Shown piece after piece: positions 1 to 8,830 of a stretch of 64,000 nucleotides of DNA (positions are counted from its first letter, which is position 1; each line of letters begins with the position of its first letter). Where the stretch lies: assembly GCA_022072225.1 (NCBI GenBank), contig JAJVIC010000007.1:366150-430149 (forward strand), given 5' to 3'. The notes under the pieces are model-generated. The model did not search any database and was not told the DNA's origin. It saw nothing but the letters and a program-made list of their open reading frames with translations. A program made the position numbers and the translations under genes. The stretch comes from Bacteroidia bacterium (lineage in GTDB: Bacteria > Bacteroidota > Bacteroidia > SXHM01).

Positions 1-51
1 GCTCAGGTTTTCAGGATTAATTCAGGCGGAAATGTTCCGCAGCTTGTTTCT

Positions 52-795
52 TTGGAAAAATCGCTTGCGGGAAAAGTGGCTTTGGTAACAGGCGCTGCGC
101 GTGGTATTGGCGAAGCTACTGCACGTAAACTTGCAGCAGAAGGAGCAACAGTAATTGTATTAGACAGACCGGAAGATTCTGATGCCGGAAAAAAAGTTGC
201 AGAATCAATCAACGGAAAATTTCTGACAGCTGATATGAGCAAAGAAGATTCTGCAACCATCATTAATGATTATTTGAAAAAAGAATTCAATGGAGTTGAC
301 ATTGTAATTCACAATGCCGGAATTACCCGCGACAAAACCATCGCAAAAATGGATGAGAAATATTGGGACATGGTGTTGAATGTAAATCTGCAGGCACTTA
401 TACGGACAAATAATTTATTGCTGAAATCAGGAACCATCCGCAAAAACGGACGCATTGTTTGTCTTTCTTCTATCTCCGGTTTTTCGGGCAATTTCGGACA
501 AACAAATTACTCGGCTACCAAAGCAGGAATTATTGGTTATGTAAAAGCATTAAGTGAAGAACTTGCCGATAAAAACATCACAGCCAATGCAGTTGCGCCC
601 GGTTTTATTGAAACCAAAATGACAGCTAAAATGCCTTTGTTCACCAAAATGGGCGGACGCAGATTGAGTAATTTAAACCAAGGAGGTTTAGCTGAAGATG
701 TTGCAGATGCAATTACCTTTCTTTCTTCACCTGGCGCAGCTGTAATCAGTGGACAAACACTGCGCGTTTGCGGAGGAAGTTATATTGGGGCGTAG
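52..795 (+). CDS. fabG: SDR family oxidoreductase, 3-oxoacyl-[ACP] reductase (FabG)-like
   Basis: 247 aa; N-terminal Rossmann motif GKVALVTGAARGIGEA; NAG and YSATKAG catalytic-region motifs typical of classical short-chain dehydrogenases. Confidence 0.8.
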   Translation: MEKSLAGKVALVTGAARGIGEATARKLAAEGATVIVLDRPEDSDAGKKVAESINGKFLTADMSKEDSATIINDYLKKEFNGVDIVIHNAGITRDKTIAKMDEKYWDMVLNVNLQALIRTNNLLLKSGTIRKNGRIVCLSSISGFSGNFGQTNYSATKAGIIGYVKALSEELADKNITANAVAPGFIETKMTAKMPLFTKMGGRRLSNLNQGGLAEDVADAITFLSSPGAAVISGQTLRVCGGSYIGA

Positions 796-845
796 AAGAA
801 AGTAGGCAGTTGGGAGCAGGCAGTAGGAAGCAGCGGTGAGCTTAA

Positions 846-881
846 CGTCATTGCGAGCGAAGCGAAGCAATCTCACCATTG
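846..881. repeat. interspersed palindromic repeat, family B (CGTCATTGCGAGCGAAGCGAAGCAATCTC); second copy at 11532-11615
   Basis: near-identical inverted-repeat-containing motif seen at two intergenic loci in this window. Confidence 0.4.
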
Positions 882-922
882 TGTAAGTGGAATTTATAAT
901 TCCCTTCAAGCAGAAGGATATC

Positions 923-2893
923 TCAATTTTTTAGTGCCTTTTCTATATCCTCAATAACATAATTAATATGTTTTAATTCATATTCATTAATCCAAAAAGA
1001 AGATTCTTTAAGTGCTGTAAGGTACTGGACATCTTCTTTTGTAGGATATTTTTTTATAAAATCAAACAGGTCAGATAGAGGGGAATGATTTATCTCAAAA
1101 TCAACCCTATCAAATGAACAAGATATGTACATGCCCGACCTTGTGTAAACTTGTTCCAGTGGAATTTTAAAACGTTTGCTAATCATTGCCCTTTTTTCAC
1201 TCAGCAGCTCAAAAACCAGTTTGTCCTTTTTATACGCATCTTCATTAAATTTATAATCTAAAATAACTATTGTGTTATAATTTGGCTTAGCTCCAATAAT
1301 TATATCATTTGTATTATTAAGAATTGCCATTATCGATAGCTTATTTATTCTTGAAGAATCAATTAAAGAAATACATTCTTTTTTCAACGAATCTTCAAGA
1401 TGGCTTTTAATTGAAAATAGCTCAGGATATTTCACAAAATTCGAATCCATTCCTGTCCAGTATTTTAAAGATTCATAAATTAAAGGGCGTGCATTTTTTG
1501 CTTCAATGGAACTGAATGTGCTTATATAGCTTTGAATCCAGCTCCGATAAATGCGGTACTCTAATGTGTCTGCTTTTATAAATTTTTTAAAATCATTAAG
1601 AAGAAAACTATTTATCTCATCATTACTAAAATGTGCCAGACCGTAATATTTTGAAATTGCGATATCAGCATCCGGTGTAATTTTTCTGTCATGTGAACTG
1701 ATAAATTTTTTCAGCGGCTCTATACACTCACTTAGTTCATTTTCTACAATTATTCTGCATACATCAAAAATCAAATCACGTGTGTCATTTTCAAGATGAT
1801 AATTAAGATAGGGAACATATTCTTTGCTTCCTATATTTATTAAAGCTTCAATAGTAAGATTAAATAAATAAGTGTTGTTGGTTTTAAGCAGCCCCAGTAA
1901 TGCTTCCGTTGCAGGCTTATATTTCATTTTGTTCAATGCTTTAATAATTTCAATTTTACCACCTTCTAATTGGTTGCGAACCGGATCCATTATATCTGAC
2001 GGGTAAACGCCATCTTCTCCGGTTTTATTCAAATAATTAATGAATATGGGACCAACAAAATCAGGGTCGTGCCCTGATAATTGTCTTACCGCCTCGCCCT
2101 GTACAACGCTGTTTGAATCGCTAAGTAATTGTAATAAGAGAACCCTTGATTTTTCTGAGTTTATATTTCCCATCAGCGTTGCGAGTCCAAACCTCGCTTT
2201 TACTGCAGTATTTCTAATCAACGTATCAAAGAGAGGGATATAGTGATTATAATTGGTCAATGCCAACATCATAATGTATTGAGGATGCATTGCACACAAT
2301 GTATCATTTATACACTTCCTGATTTTAGTGATCAGTTGTTTATGGTATTCCTTTAGTGATTTTTTACTCAATGCAAATTCAAGAAATTCTTCGAATTCAT
2401 TTAATGACTTGCCTGAATAATTATAAGTAGTAGTTTGAAATAGATCATATCTGATAGTATCTCCGGCTAAATAATAATCACCACTTGTGGGTGTCCATAC
2501 TTCAAATGCTTTACTTTTTAGTACACCTTGATAATACTCTGCCCATTCAGGATATTTTTTGATATCATTTTCCCATGCCTTTTTCGATTCTTCATTTAAA
2601 ACCTCTTTATTAAGAAATAAAATATACTCTTCTCCTTTTTCCATCGTTTCATAAGGACCATACCTGCCACTAAATCCTGATATCCATATAGTATCTTTTA
2701 ATTCACCCTTGTATATTTTCAAGGGTATAAGCTGTGCTCTTTTAGTCCCACCATTTACTACTTTAAATTTCCCAATTACATCAGAACTATCTATCATTTC
2801 TTTCCAGGAAGGATCTTCCCACATATCAGCCTTGCTATAATAAGTAACCGTAATAGCAAGTACAAATAGAAATACAAACCAATAAGTTTTCAT
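923..2893 (-). CDS. hypothetical protein with N-terminal signal/anchor peptide, low-GC, alpha-helical (HEAT/ARM-like) repeats
   Basis: 656 aa uninterrupted ORF; N-terminus MKTYWFVFLFVLAITVTYYSKA is hydrophobic; noticeably AT-rich relative to the neighbouring fabG and fumC; no recognisable catalytic motif. Confidence 0.45.
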   Translation of the reverse strand: MKTYWFVFLFVLAITVTYYSKADMWEDPSWKEMIDSSDVIGKFKVVNGGTKRAQLIPLKIYKGELKDTIWISGFSGRYGPYETMEKGEEYILFLNKEVLNEESKKAWENDIKKYPEWAEYYQGVLKSKAFEVWTPTSGDYYLAGDTIRYDLFQTTTYNYSGKSLNEFEEFLEFALSKKSLKEYHKQLITKIRKCINDTLCAMHPQYIMMLALTNYNHYIPLFDTLIRNTAVKARFGLATLMGNINSEKSRVLLLQLLSDSNSVVQGEAVRQLSGHDPDFVGPIFINYLNKTGEDGVYPSDIMDPVRNQLEGGKIEIIKALNKMKYKPATEALLGLLKTNNTYLFNLTIEALINIGSKEYVPYLNYHLENDTRDLIFDVCRIIVENELSECIEPLKKFISSHDRKITPDADIAISKYYGLAHFSNDEINSFLLNDFKKFIKADTLEYRIYRSWIQSYISTFSSIEAKNARPLIYESLKYWTGMDSNFVKYPELFSIKSHLEDSLKKECISLIDSSRINKLSIMAILNNTNDIIIGAKPNYNTIVILDYKFNEDAYKKDKLVFELLSEKRAMISKRFKIPLEQVYTRSGMYISCSFDRVDFEINHSPLSDLFDFIKKYPTKEDVQYLTALKESSFWINEYELKHINYVIEDIEKALKN

Positions 2894-3004
2894 TCTGTTA
2901 CAAATTTCTAATTTCTTTCTCTGCTTTATAATAGGTTGTAAACAAATATAGAAATTAACATCCTATATTAAATTCACAACTCCTTCAAAGGTTAAAAAAC
3001 CCCT

Positions 3005-3375
3005 CACACCATATCGCTCCCCCACAAAAACACCTCTTTAAACTCCCAAGCGATATCGCCCAATAAGATATTTTATTCTTCACACAATAAATCCATATCG
3101 CTTAACGTTATTAACGGTAAACGCTATTAATAAGCGATATCGCTGATCAATTAATGAGTAAGAAATTATTGCTGCGCGATATCGTTCAACACATCAGAAA
3201 GTGATTTATCCCAACATGCGATATGGAAAAACGGTTGCAATTGTTAATTGCATACCAAAGCGATATGGAAAAACAGTTTCATTGACCTTTTGTATTCACG
3301 TGCGATATGGATGAAGCATTACAATCGCCTTTTTATCGTTCACACGATATGGAAAAGGAGTTTCATTAACCGTTT
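3005..3375. promoter_or_regulatory. phased array of about 9 GCGATAT(C/G)G-core motifs at about 40-45 bp spacing, upstream of ORF 3422
   Basis: motif copies at about 3009 (inverted), 3049 (palindromic AGCGATATCGCC), 3093 (inverted), 3133 (palindromic), 3174, 3218, 3259, 3299, 3345; the last four are extended direct repeats CGATATGGAAAAAC(A/G)GTTTCATT(G/A)ACC. Confidence 0.45.
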
Positions 3376-3421
3376 GCATAATTCATTAAACTAATTTATA
3401 ACAACCAATAACACCATTAAC

Positions 3422-4096
3422 ATGAATAAAGTAAAAGTATCGGTAAATCATTACCACAAATTAGCTTACAGTAAGCTGGGCGTATTTGTAACAGGAGTAA
3501 AGGCGGGTATTTATAATCATCCCGAAACATTCAGCGATACTCCATTCAGCGAAGAAGAAGTAAGTGATACACTTAAAAACTACACCAAAACCTATGACGG
3601 TTATAAAAACAGGCTCGTGTCAAAAGGAAGTTTTAAAAGTGCTTGCAGCGCTCTTATAAAGATGCTCGACACGCTTGCGGTTTATGTAAACGAAACAGCA
3701 GAAGGTGATTACACTATACTAATTCTATCGGGCTTTAAACCCACACAGTCAAGCATCAGTTCATGGCTTCCGCCCTTGCAGCCCGAGGTAAAAGTATGGC
3801 GCAGCATAGAGCTGGGCGAAGTGTATGCAGAAAGCAATAAGCTGGTCAATGCCATTTATTACGGCTGCGTGGTTTTTAAAAACAGTGTGCCCGAAAAAAT
3901 TATGATAAAGCCCGGTGGAAAATTAGAATTCAGTAACAATGAAAATTTTGTGTGCATAGATATTACCAAAAGCCGCAGCAAAAAATTTATAAATCTTACC
4001 CCTGAGGTGATGTATTACTTTTATTTTTATGCAGCCAACGCCAATGGTGTAAGCCTGTTAAGCGAAGTAAAAAGTATTAAATGTTTGAAGGAGTAG
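3422..4096 (+). CDS. hypothetical protein
   Basis: 224 aa ORF directly downstream of the motif array; no recognisable domain. Confidence 0.45.
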   Translation: MNKVKVSVNHYHKLAYSKLGVFVTGVKAGIYNHPETFSDTPFSEEEVSDTLKNYTKTYDGYKNRLVSKGSFKSACSALIKMLDTLAVYVNETAEGDYTILILSGFKPTQSSISSWLPPLQPEVKVWRSIELGEVYAESNKLVNAIYYGCVVFKNSVPEKIMIKPGGKLEFSNNENFVCIDITKSRSKKFINLTPEVMYYFYFYAANANGVSLLSEVKSIKCLKE

Positions 4097-4120
4097 CGAA
4101 CAGTAAGTAGTTGGCAGTTG

Positions 4121-4204
4121 GTGTGTCACCCTGAGCGTAGTCGAAGGGCTTTATTTATTAAACTTTAGCAGTTAGTGTGTCACCCTGAGCGTAGTCGAAG
4201 GGCT
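4121..4204. repeat. two direct copies of REP-A element (GTTGGTGTGTCACCCTGAGCGTAGTCGAAGGGCT)
   Basis: copies at 4123-4150 and 4168-4204; same element at 4286-4313 (inverted), 4673-4698, 4721-4746, 19700-19755, 23571-23630 and 34371-34395, and a variant at 7243-7303. Confidence 0.6.
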
Positions 4205-4285
4205 AAATAATTATTTTTCCTGGATGTGTCTTACTGGTATACTCAAGCTGTTTTAAAGTATTTAAAAGTGAAATTTAATTATGAT

Positions 4286-4313
4286 GCTTCGACTACGCTC
4301 AGCATGACACAGC
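4286..4313. repeat. REP-A element, inverted orientation
   Basis: GCTTCGACTACGCTCAGCATGACAC is the reverse complement of the 4123 copy. Confidence 0.55.
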
Positions 4314-4321
4314 AAAAGCAC

Positions 4322-4654
4322 TCAATCGCTTTTTTTATCATACAAGCTGTAATTACTCAGATTATAACACGCTGCAAAATCTTTTAGCTTTTCCCAATTT
4401 TCATTAATCAAAGCTTCTTTTTTTCTGCGCGTCCATTTCTTCAATTGTTTCTCTCTTGCAATAGCTTGCTCGAATTCCTTAAATGCTTCCACATACATAA
4501 GCTTAACAGGTCTGCGATCATAAGTATATGCTGAAACATCTGTTCCATAATTATGATAACTTATTCGCTCGTTAACATCATTTGTAACACCAATATAATA
4601 ACTGTTATCAGAACACAGCAAAATATAGACATAGAGTTGTTTGAACACAGCCAT
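4322..4654 (-). CDS. GIY-YIG nuclease family protein (UPF0213-like)
   Basis: 110 aa; LYVYILLCSDNSYYIGVTNDVNERISYHN matches the GIY-(x10)-YIG signature, followed by the conserved R and E region (AIAREKQLKKW). Confidence 0.8.
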   Translation of the reverse strand: MAVFKQLYVYILLCSDNSYYIGVTNDVNERISYHNYGTDVSAYTYDRRPVKLMYVEAFKEFEQAIAREKQLKKWTRRKKEALINENWEKLKDFAACYNLSNYSLYDKKSD

Positions 4655-4672
4655 TAACCAAAAATAATAAAA

Positions 4673-4746
4673 CCCTTCGACTACGCTCAGGGTGACACTA
4701 TTGCTGTAAAATATTTATAACCCTTCGACTACGCTCAGGGTGACAC
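4673..4746. repeat. two REP-A copies in inverted orientation (CCCTTCGACTACGCTCAGGGTGACAC)
   Basis: copies at 4673-4698 and 4721-4746; together with 4123-4313 they bracket the GIY-YIG ORF. Confidence 0.6.
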
Positions 4747-4763
4747 GTGCTAGCAATGCAACC

Positions 4764-6149
4764 TTACACCATCTTCTTCGGGTCAACCCATTGATCAAAC
4801 TGCTCGTTGGTAAGCAAGCCTAATTCTATTGCAACCTGACGAAGTGTTTTGTGTTCCTTGTGTGCTTTCTTGGCAATTTTTGCTGCGTTCTCGTAACCGA
4901 TATGCGGGTTTAAAGCTGTAACCAGCATCAGACTTTTTTCAAGGTGTTCTTTTATCAGTTCCAGATTTGGTTCCAGTCCGATTGCACACTTATCATTAAA
5001 CGAAACACAGGCATCGCCAATCAATCGTGCCGATTGTAAAACATTGGCTGCAATTACCGGTTTAAAAACATTCAGTTCAAAATGTCCGGTTGCACCGCCA
5101 ACAGAAACAGCCACATCATTTCCGATTACCTGTGCGCAAACCATGGTCATTGCTTCAGGTTGTGTGGGATTTACTTTTCCGGGCATAATGGAAGACCCGG
5201 GTTCATTGTCGGGAATAATAATTTCACCAATTCCAGAACGGGGACCTGAACTTAACATGCGAATATCGTTTGCAATTTTCATCAGCGAAACTGCCGAGCG
5301 TTTCAACGCTCCTGAAAGTTCTACCATTGCATCGTGTGCTGCCAGTGCTTCAAATTTATTAGGTGCAGTTACAAACGGAAGTCCTGTTAACTCAGCAATT
5401 TTTTTCGCCACCAACACATCATAACCTTTCGGTGCATTTAATCCTGTGCCGACTGCTGTTCCGCCCAGTGCAAGCTCTTTTACCGCTTCCAACGCATTGT
5501 TTAATGCACGCATGCTGTTGTCGATTTGCTGCACGTATCCCGAAATTTCCTGTCCGAGCGTAAGCGGTGTTGCATCCATAAAATGCGTGCGGCCAACTTT
5601 AACAATGTCTTTAAATTGGTTTGATTTTGATGCAAGTGTATCACGCAACTTTTTCATTCCGGGAATAGTAATTTCTACTACCTGCTTGTAAGCCGCAATG
5701 TGCATGGCAGTCGGAAATGTATCGTTTGATGATTGTGATTTATTTACATCATCATTCGGGTGCAATACTTTTTTCTCATCAGATAATTTTCCTCCTGAAA
5801 TTACATGGGCGCGGTAAGCAATCACTTCATTCATATTCATGTTGCTTTGTGTTCCGCTTCCGGTTTGCCAGATTACCAACGGAAATTCACCGTCTAATTT
5901 TCCGGCAAGAATTTCGTCACAGGTTTTTGCAATCAGGTCGCATTTGTCCTGCGATAAAACTTTTAATTCTGTATTTGCCTGCGCAGCCGCTTTTTTCAGG
6001 TATGCAAAGGCATAAATAATTTCGCGGGGCATGCTTGCTTCCGGTCCGATTTTAAAGTTGTTACGCGAGCGTTCTGTTTGTGCTCCCCAATATTTATCGG
6101 CAGGCACTTTTACCTCGCCCATCGTGTCTTTTTCTATTCTGTATTCCAT
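4764..6149 (-). CDS. fumC: class II fumarate hydratase
   Basis: 461 aa; N-terminus [28 protein letters not shown]; [13 protein letters not shown] signature of the fumarase/aspartase family. Confidence 0.92.
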   Translation of the reverse strand: MEYRIEKDTMGEVKVPADKYWGAQTERSRNNFKIGPEASMPREIIYAFAYLKKAAAQANTELKVLSQDKCDLIAKTCDEILAGKLDGEFPLVIWQTGSGTQSNMNMNEVIAYRAHVISGGKLSDEKKVLHPNDDVNKSQSSNDTFPTAMHIAAYKQVVEITIPGMKKLRDTLASKSNQFKDIVKVGRTHFMDATPLTLGQEISGYVQQIDNSMRALNNALEAVKELALGGTAVGTGLNAPKGYDVLVAKKIAELTGLPFVTAPNKFEALAAHDAMVELSGALKRSAVSLMKIANDIRMLSSGPRSGIGEIIIPDNEPGSSIMPGKVNPTQPEAMTMVCAQVIGNDVAVSVGGATGHFELNVFKPVIAANVLQSARLIGDACVSFNDKCAIGLEPNLELIKEHLEKSLMLVTALNPHIGYENAAKIAKKAHKEHKTLRQVAIELGLLTNEQFDQWVDPKKMV

Positions 6150-6285
6150 TTTTTGTTTTGTTTTTGCGGTGGCAAAAGTATCAACAAATCATACGCGAAT
6201 ATGCTTTGCATTAAAATCTTTTGACAACCCTGTTTTTAGGGATAAAAAATTACTTTTATGCCGTTTTAATTTTGCATTGCTTGCA

Positions 6286-7239
6286 ATGATTGTTTTAAAT
6301 AAAAATATCCTGTTTCTTGATACTGTTCACACCGCCCTGCGCGATGAACTGAAAAAAATTGGCTGCCATTGCGAGCTGGATGATAAGAGCAGCAAAGAAG
6401 AAATAGAGCGAAAGATTGGAGATTATGATGGTCTTGTTATCCGCAGCCGCATAAAAATTGATGCCGCGCTGATTGACAAAGCAACAAGACTGAAATTCAT
6501 TGCGCGTGCCGGAGCAGGAATGGAAAACATTGATGTGGAATATGCCGCCAGAAAAAAAATAAAATGCATTCATGCTCCCGAAGGTAACCGCGATGCAGTG
6601 GGTGAACACGCCCTGGGCATGTTGCTTTCGCTGATGAATAATTTGAATAAAGCAGACAGAGAAGTGCGCGAGGGAAAATGGCTGCGCGAAGAAAACCGCG
6701 GACACGAGCTGATGTTTAAAACCGTAGGAATCATCGGTTACGGAAATATGGGAAGTGCTTTTGCCCGCAGGCTCAACGGATTTAGTGTTATGGCAATGGC
6801 GTATGACAAATACAAGAAAAATTTTGGCGATGATTTTATCATTGAAGCCAACATGGAAGCGCTTTACGAAGAAGCGGAAGTAGTGAGTCTGCACGTACCG
6901 CTTACCAAGGAAACAGAGTACATGGTAAACGATGAATTCATCAGCCGGTTTAAAAATCCGTTTTATCTCATTAATACTTCACGCGGGAAAGTGGTAAAGA
7001 CGGATGACCTGGTGAAGCACATAAAATCAGGAAAAATACTTGGAGCAGCGTTGGATGTTTTGGAATACGAAACCTCATCGCTTGAAAAATTAGAACCAAA
7101 AGATTTGCCGCCTTCATTAAAGTATCTTTACGAAAGCGATAAAGTAATTCTCACCCCTCATATTGCCGGCTGGACTTATGAAAGCAATCAGCGCATTTCA
7201 TTAGTGCTGGCAGAAAAAATTGCGAAGATTTTGAAATAA
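6286..7239 (+). CDS. D-isomer-specific 2-hydroxyacid dehydrogenase (D-3-phosphoglycerate dehydrogenase SerA-like)
   Basis: NAD-binding GIIGYGNMGSAFARRL; catalytic-domain layout of the 2-hydroxyacid dehydrogenase family; the ORF-track start at 6031 is probably upstream read-through, the internal ATG at 6286 (MIVLNKNILF) gives about 317 aa. Confidence 0.7.
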   Translation: MIVLNKNILFLDTVHTALRDELKKIGCHCELDDKSSKEEIERKIGDYDGLVIRSRIKIDAALIDKATRLKFIARAGAGMENIDVEYAARKKIKCIHAPEGNRDAVGEHALGMLLSLMNNLNKADREVREGKWLREENRGHELMFKTVGIIGYGNMGSAFARRLNGFSVMAMAYDKYKKNFGDDFIIEANMEALYEEAEVVSLHVPLTKETEYMVNDEFISRFKNPFYLINTSRGKVVKTDDLVKHIKSGKILGAALDVLEYETSSLEKLEPKDLPPSLKYLYESDKVILTPHIAGWTYESNQRISLVLAEKIAKILK

Positions 7240-7242
7240 CCC

Positions 7243-7303
7243 GTCACCCTGAACTTGTTTCAGGGTCTCACAAATCAAGATGCTGAAACAAGTTCAGCAT
7301 GAC
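7243..7303. repeat. REP-A variant forming a double hairpin (GTCACCCTGAACTTGTTTCAGGGTC ... GCTGAAACAAGTTCAGCATGAC)
   Basis: inverted repeat between the dehydrogenase stop and the aminotransferase start; its core GTCACCCTGA is shared with REP-A. Confidence 0.45.
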
Positions 7304-7316
7304 GAAACAAATAAAT

Positions 7317-8399
7317 ATGGATAAACTACTCTTCACTCCCGGACCTTTAACCACCAGCAAAACCGTTAAAGAAGCCATGCTTCACGATTACGGTTCGCGC
7401 GATGATAAATTTGTAACCATTGTTCGCGAAGTGCGTGAGAAATTGCTGGCACTTGCCGGAGTTTCAAAACAACAAGGCTATGAAACTGTGATTGTGCAAG
7501 GCTCGGGTACATTTGGCATTGAAGCAACCATTTCTTCGTCTGTTCCGCGTAATGGCCATTTGCTGATTGTAATCAACGGAGCCTATGGTCACCGTATGGC
7601 AAAGATTTGCAGTGTGCACGGTATCAAACACACATCATTGGTTTTTGCTGAAAATGAAATTCCAACCCTTGAGAAAACAGAAGATGCCCTGAAAAATGAC
7701 AACACAATAACACACCTTGCCATTGTTCACAGCGAAACCACCACCGGAATATTTAATCCCATTAAAGAATTTGGTGCGCTTGCCGCAAAGTATAACAAGA
7801 CGTATATTGTTGATGCCATGAGCAGTTTTGGTGCTGTTCCGGTAAATGTTGAAGAGTTTAATATTGATTTTCTCGTTTCTTCTTCCAATAAATGTATTGA
7901 GGGAGTTCCCGGCTTTTCATTCATTATTGCTAAGCGCGAAAAACTTTTGCAGTGCAAAGGACAGGCAAGAAGTCTTGTTTTGGATGTTTTTGCGCAGTGG
8001 GAAGGTTTGGAAAATGACGGACAATTTCGTTTTACTCCGCCAACACACAGCTTGGCGGCATTTCATAAAGCCCTGGAAGAATTAGAGGAAGAAGGAGGAG
8101 TGGCGGCACGTGCCGAACGCTACAAAGAAAACTACCAAACCCTTGTTGCCGGAATGCGCAAACTGGGTTTCAAAGAATACCTTGAACCCGAAAAACAGGG
8201 CTATATCATTACTTCGTTTCTGTATCCGGAGGGGAATTTCAACTTTAAACAGTTTTATAATGCATTGAACGATAAAGGTTTTGTTATTTATCCCGGTAAA
8301 CTAAGTCAGGCAGATGCTTTCCGTATCGGTAACATAGGAAAACTTTACCCAAAAGATGTGGAGGCTCTCCTACATTCAATAGCTCTGCTTCTGAAATAG
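7317..8399 (+). CDS. class V pyridoxal-phosphate aminotransferase (AGXT/PhnW/archaeal-type SerC-like)
   Basis: N-terminal LLFTPGPLTTSKTVKEAM matches the AGXT/PhnW family; about 360 aa; start placed at the ATG at 7317 because the ATG at 7299 lies inside the REP hairpin. Confidence 0.7.
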   Translation: MDKLLFTPGPLTTSKTVKEAMLHDYGSRDDKFVTIVREVREKLLALAGVSKQQGYETVIVQGSGTFGIEATISSSVPRNGHLLIVINGAYGHRMAKICSVHGIKHTSLVFAENEIPTLEKTEDALKNDNTITHLAIVHSETTTGIFNPIKEFGALAAKYNKTYIVDAMSSFGAVPVNVEEFNIDFLVSSSNKCIEGVPGFSFIIAKREKLLQCKGQARSLVLDVFAQWEGLENDGQFRFTPPTHSLAAFHKALEELEEEGGVAARAERYKENYQTLVAGMRKLGFKEYLEPEKQGYIITSFLYPEGNFNFKQFYNALNDKGFVIYPGKLSQADAFRIGNIGKLYPKDVEALLHSIALLLK

Positions 8400-8782
8400 C
8401 ACGGTCGATTATGCCTCATATCAGGCATTTAAACGATTAACGCCTCAATTGTTAGCAAATTTTAACACCCCTGTTGAACTTTCGGGCAGGATTATTGTTA
8501 ATGTTACAACATCATTTAATAAATATGTTATGACCAAGCCCAAAAGAAAAGTGAGCAAAACCCCGCAAAAGAGGATAAAAGTGCAGTTGGATTATAAAAC
8601 CATCATCACAATTAACAGAATGGAGTCATTGAAAATGTGGCTCGAAAGATACCCGCAAGCAAAGGTTCTCGCTTAATAATCATTAATAATTCCTGACAGG
8701 CAAGCAGTTCTGTCAGGTATGGCATGTTGCAATGTTCTGTAGTTTTTTAGATTACAGATGGTTCATAGATTTTCTAAAAGAA

Positions 8783-8817
8783 AAAGCCTTTCAACATTGA
8801 AAGGCTTTTCTTTTTCA
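8783..8817. terminator. bidirectional rho-independent terminator between convergent genes
   Basis: hairpin AAAGCCTTTCAA-CAT-TGAAAGGCTTT flanked by A-run and T-run. Confidence 0.5.
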
Positions 8818-8830
8818 GGTTTAACTAAAG

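Noticed and set aside
3005-3375. Possibility that the CGATAT motif array is a CRISPR array
   Set aside because: Conserved units are only about 10-28 bp with about 15-30 bp non-unique spacers. Orientation alternates (palindromes and inverted half-sites). There are no cas genes and no leader.
5044-6019. Plus-strand ORFs (66-126 aa) opposite fumC
   Set aside because: Fully contained antisense to a high-confidence fumarase gene. No independent signal.
6031-6285. Upstream 85-aa extension of the dehydrogenase ORF in the track
   Set aside because: It runs through the fumC promoter and start region on the opposite strand and encodes hydrophobic nonsense. The ATG at 6286 gives a protein of canonical length.
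6295-6894. 199-aa minus-strand ORF opposite the SerA-like dehydrogenase
   Set aside because: Antisense to a well-supported gene. Composition-driven open frame.
8449-8676. 75-aa ORF in the 430-bp gap before the terminator at 8783
   Set aside because: No RBS-like signal, no recognisable motif, lysine-rich low-complexity composition. Could be a small protein but cannot be supported from sequence alone.
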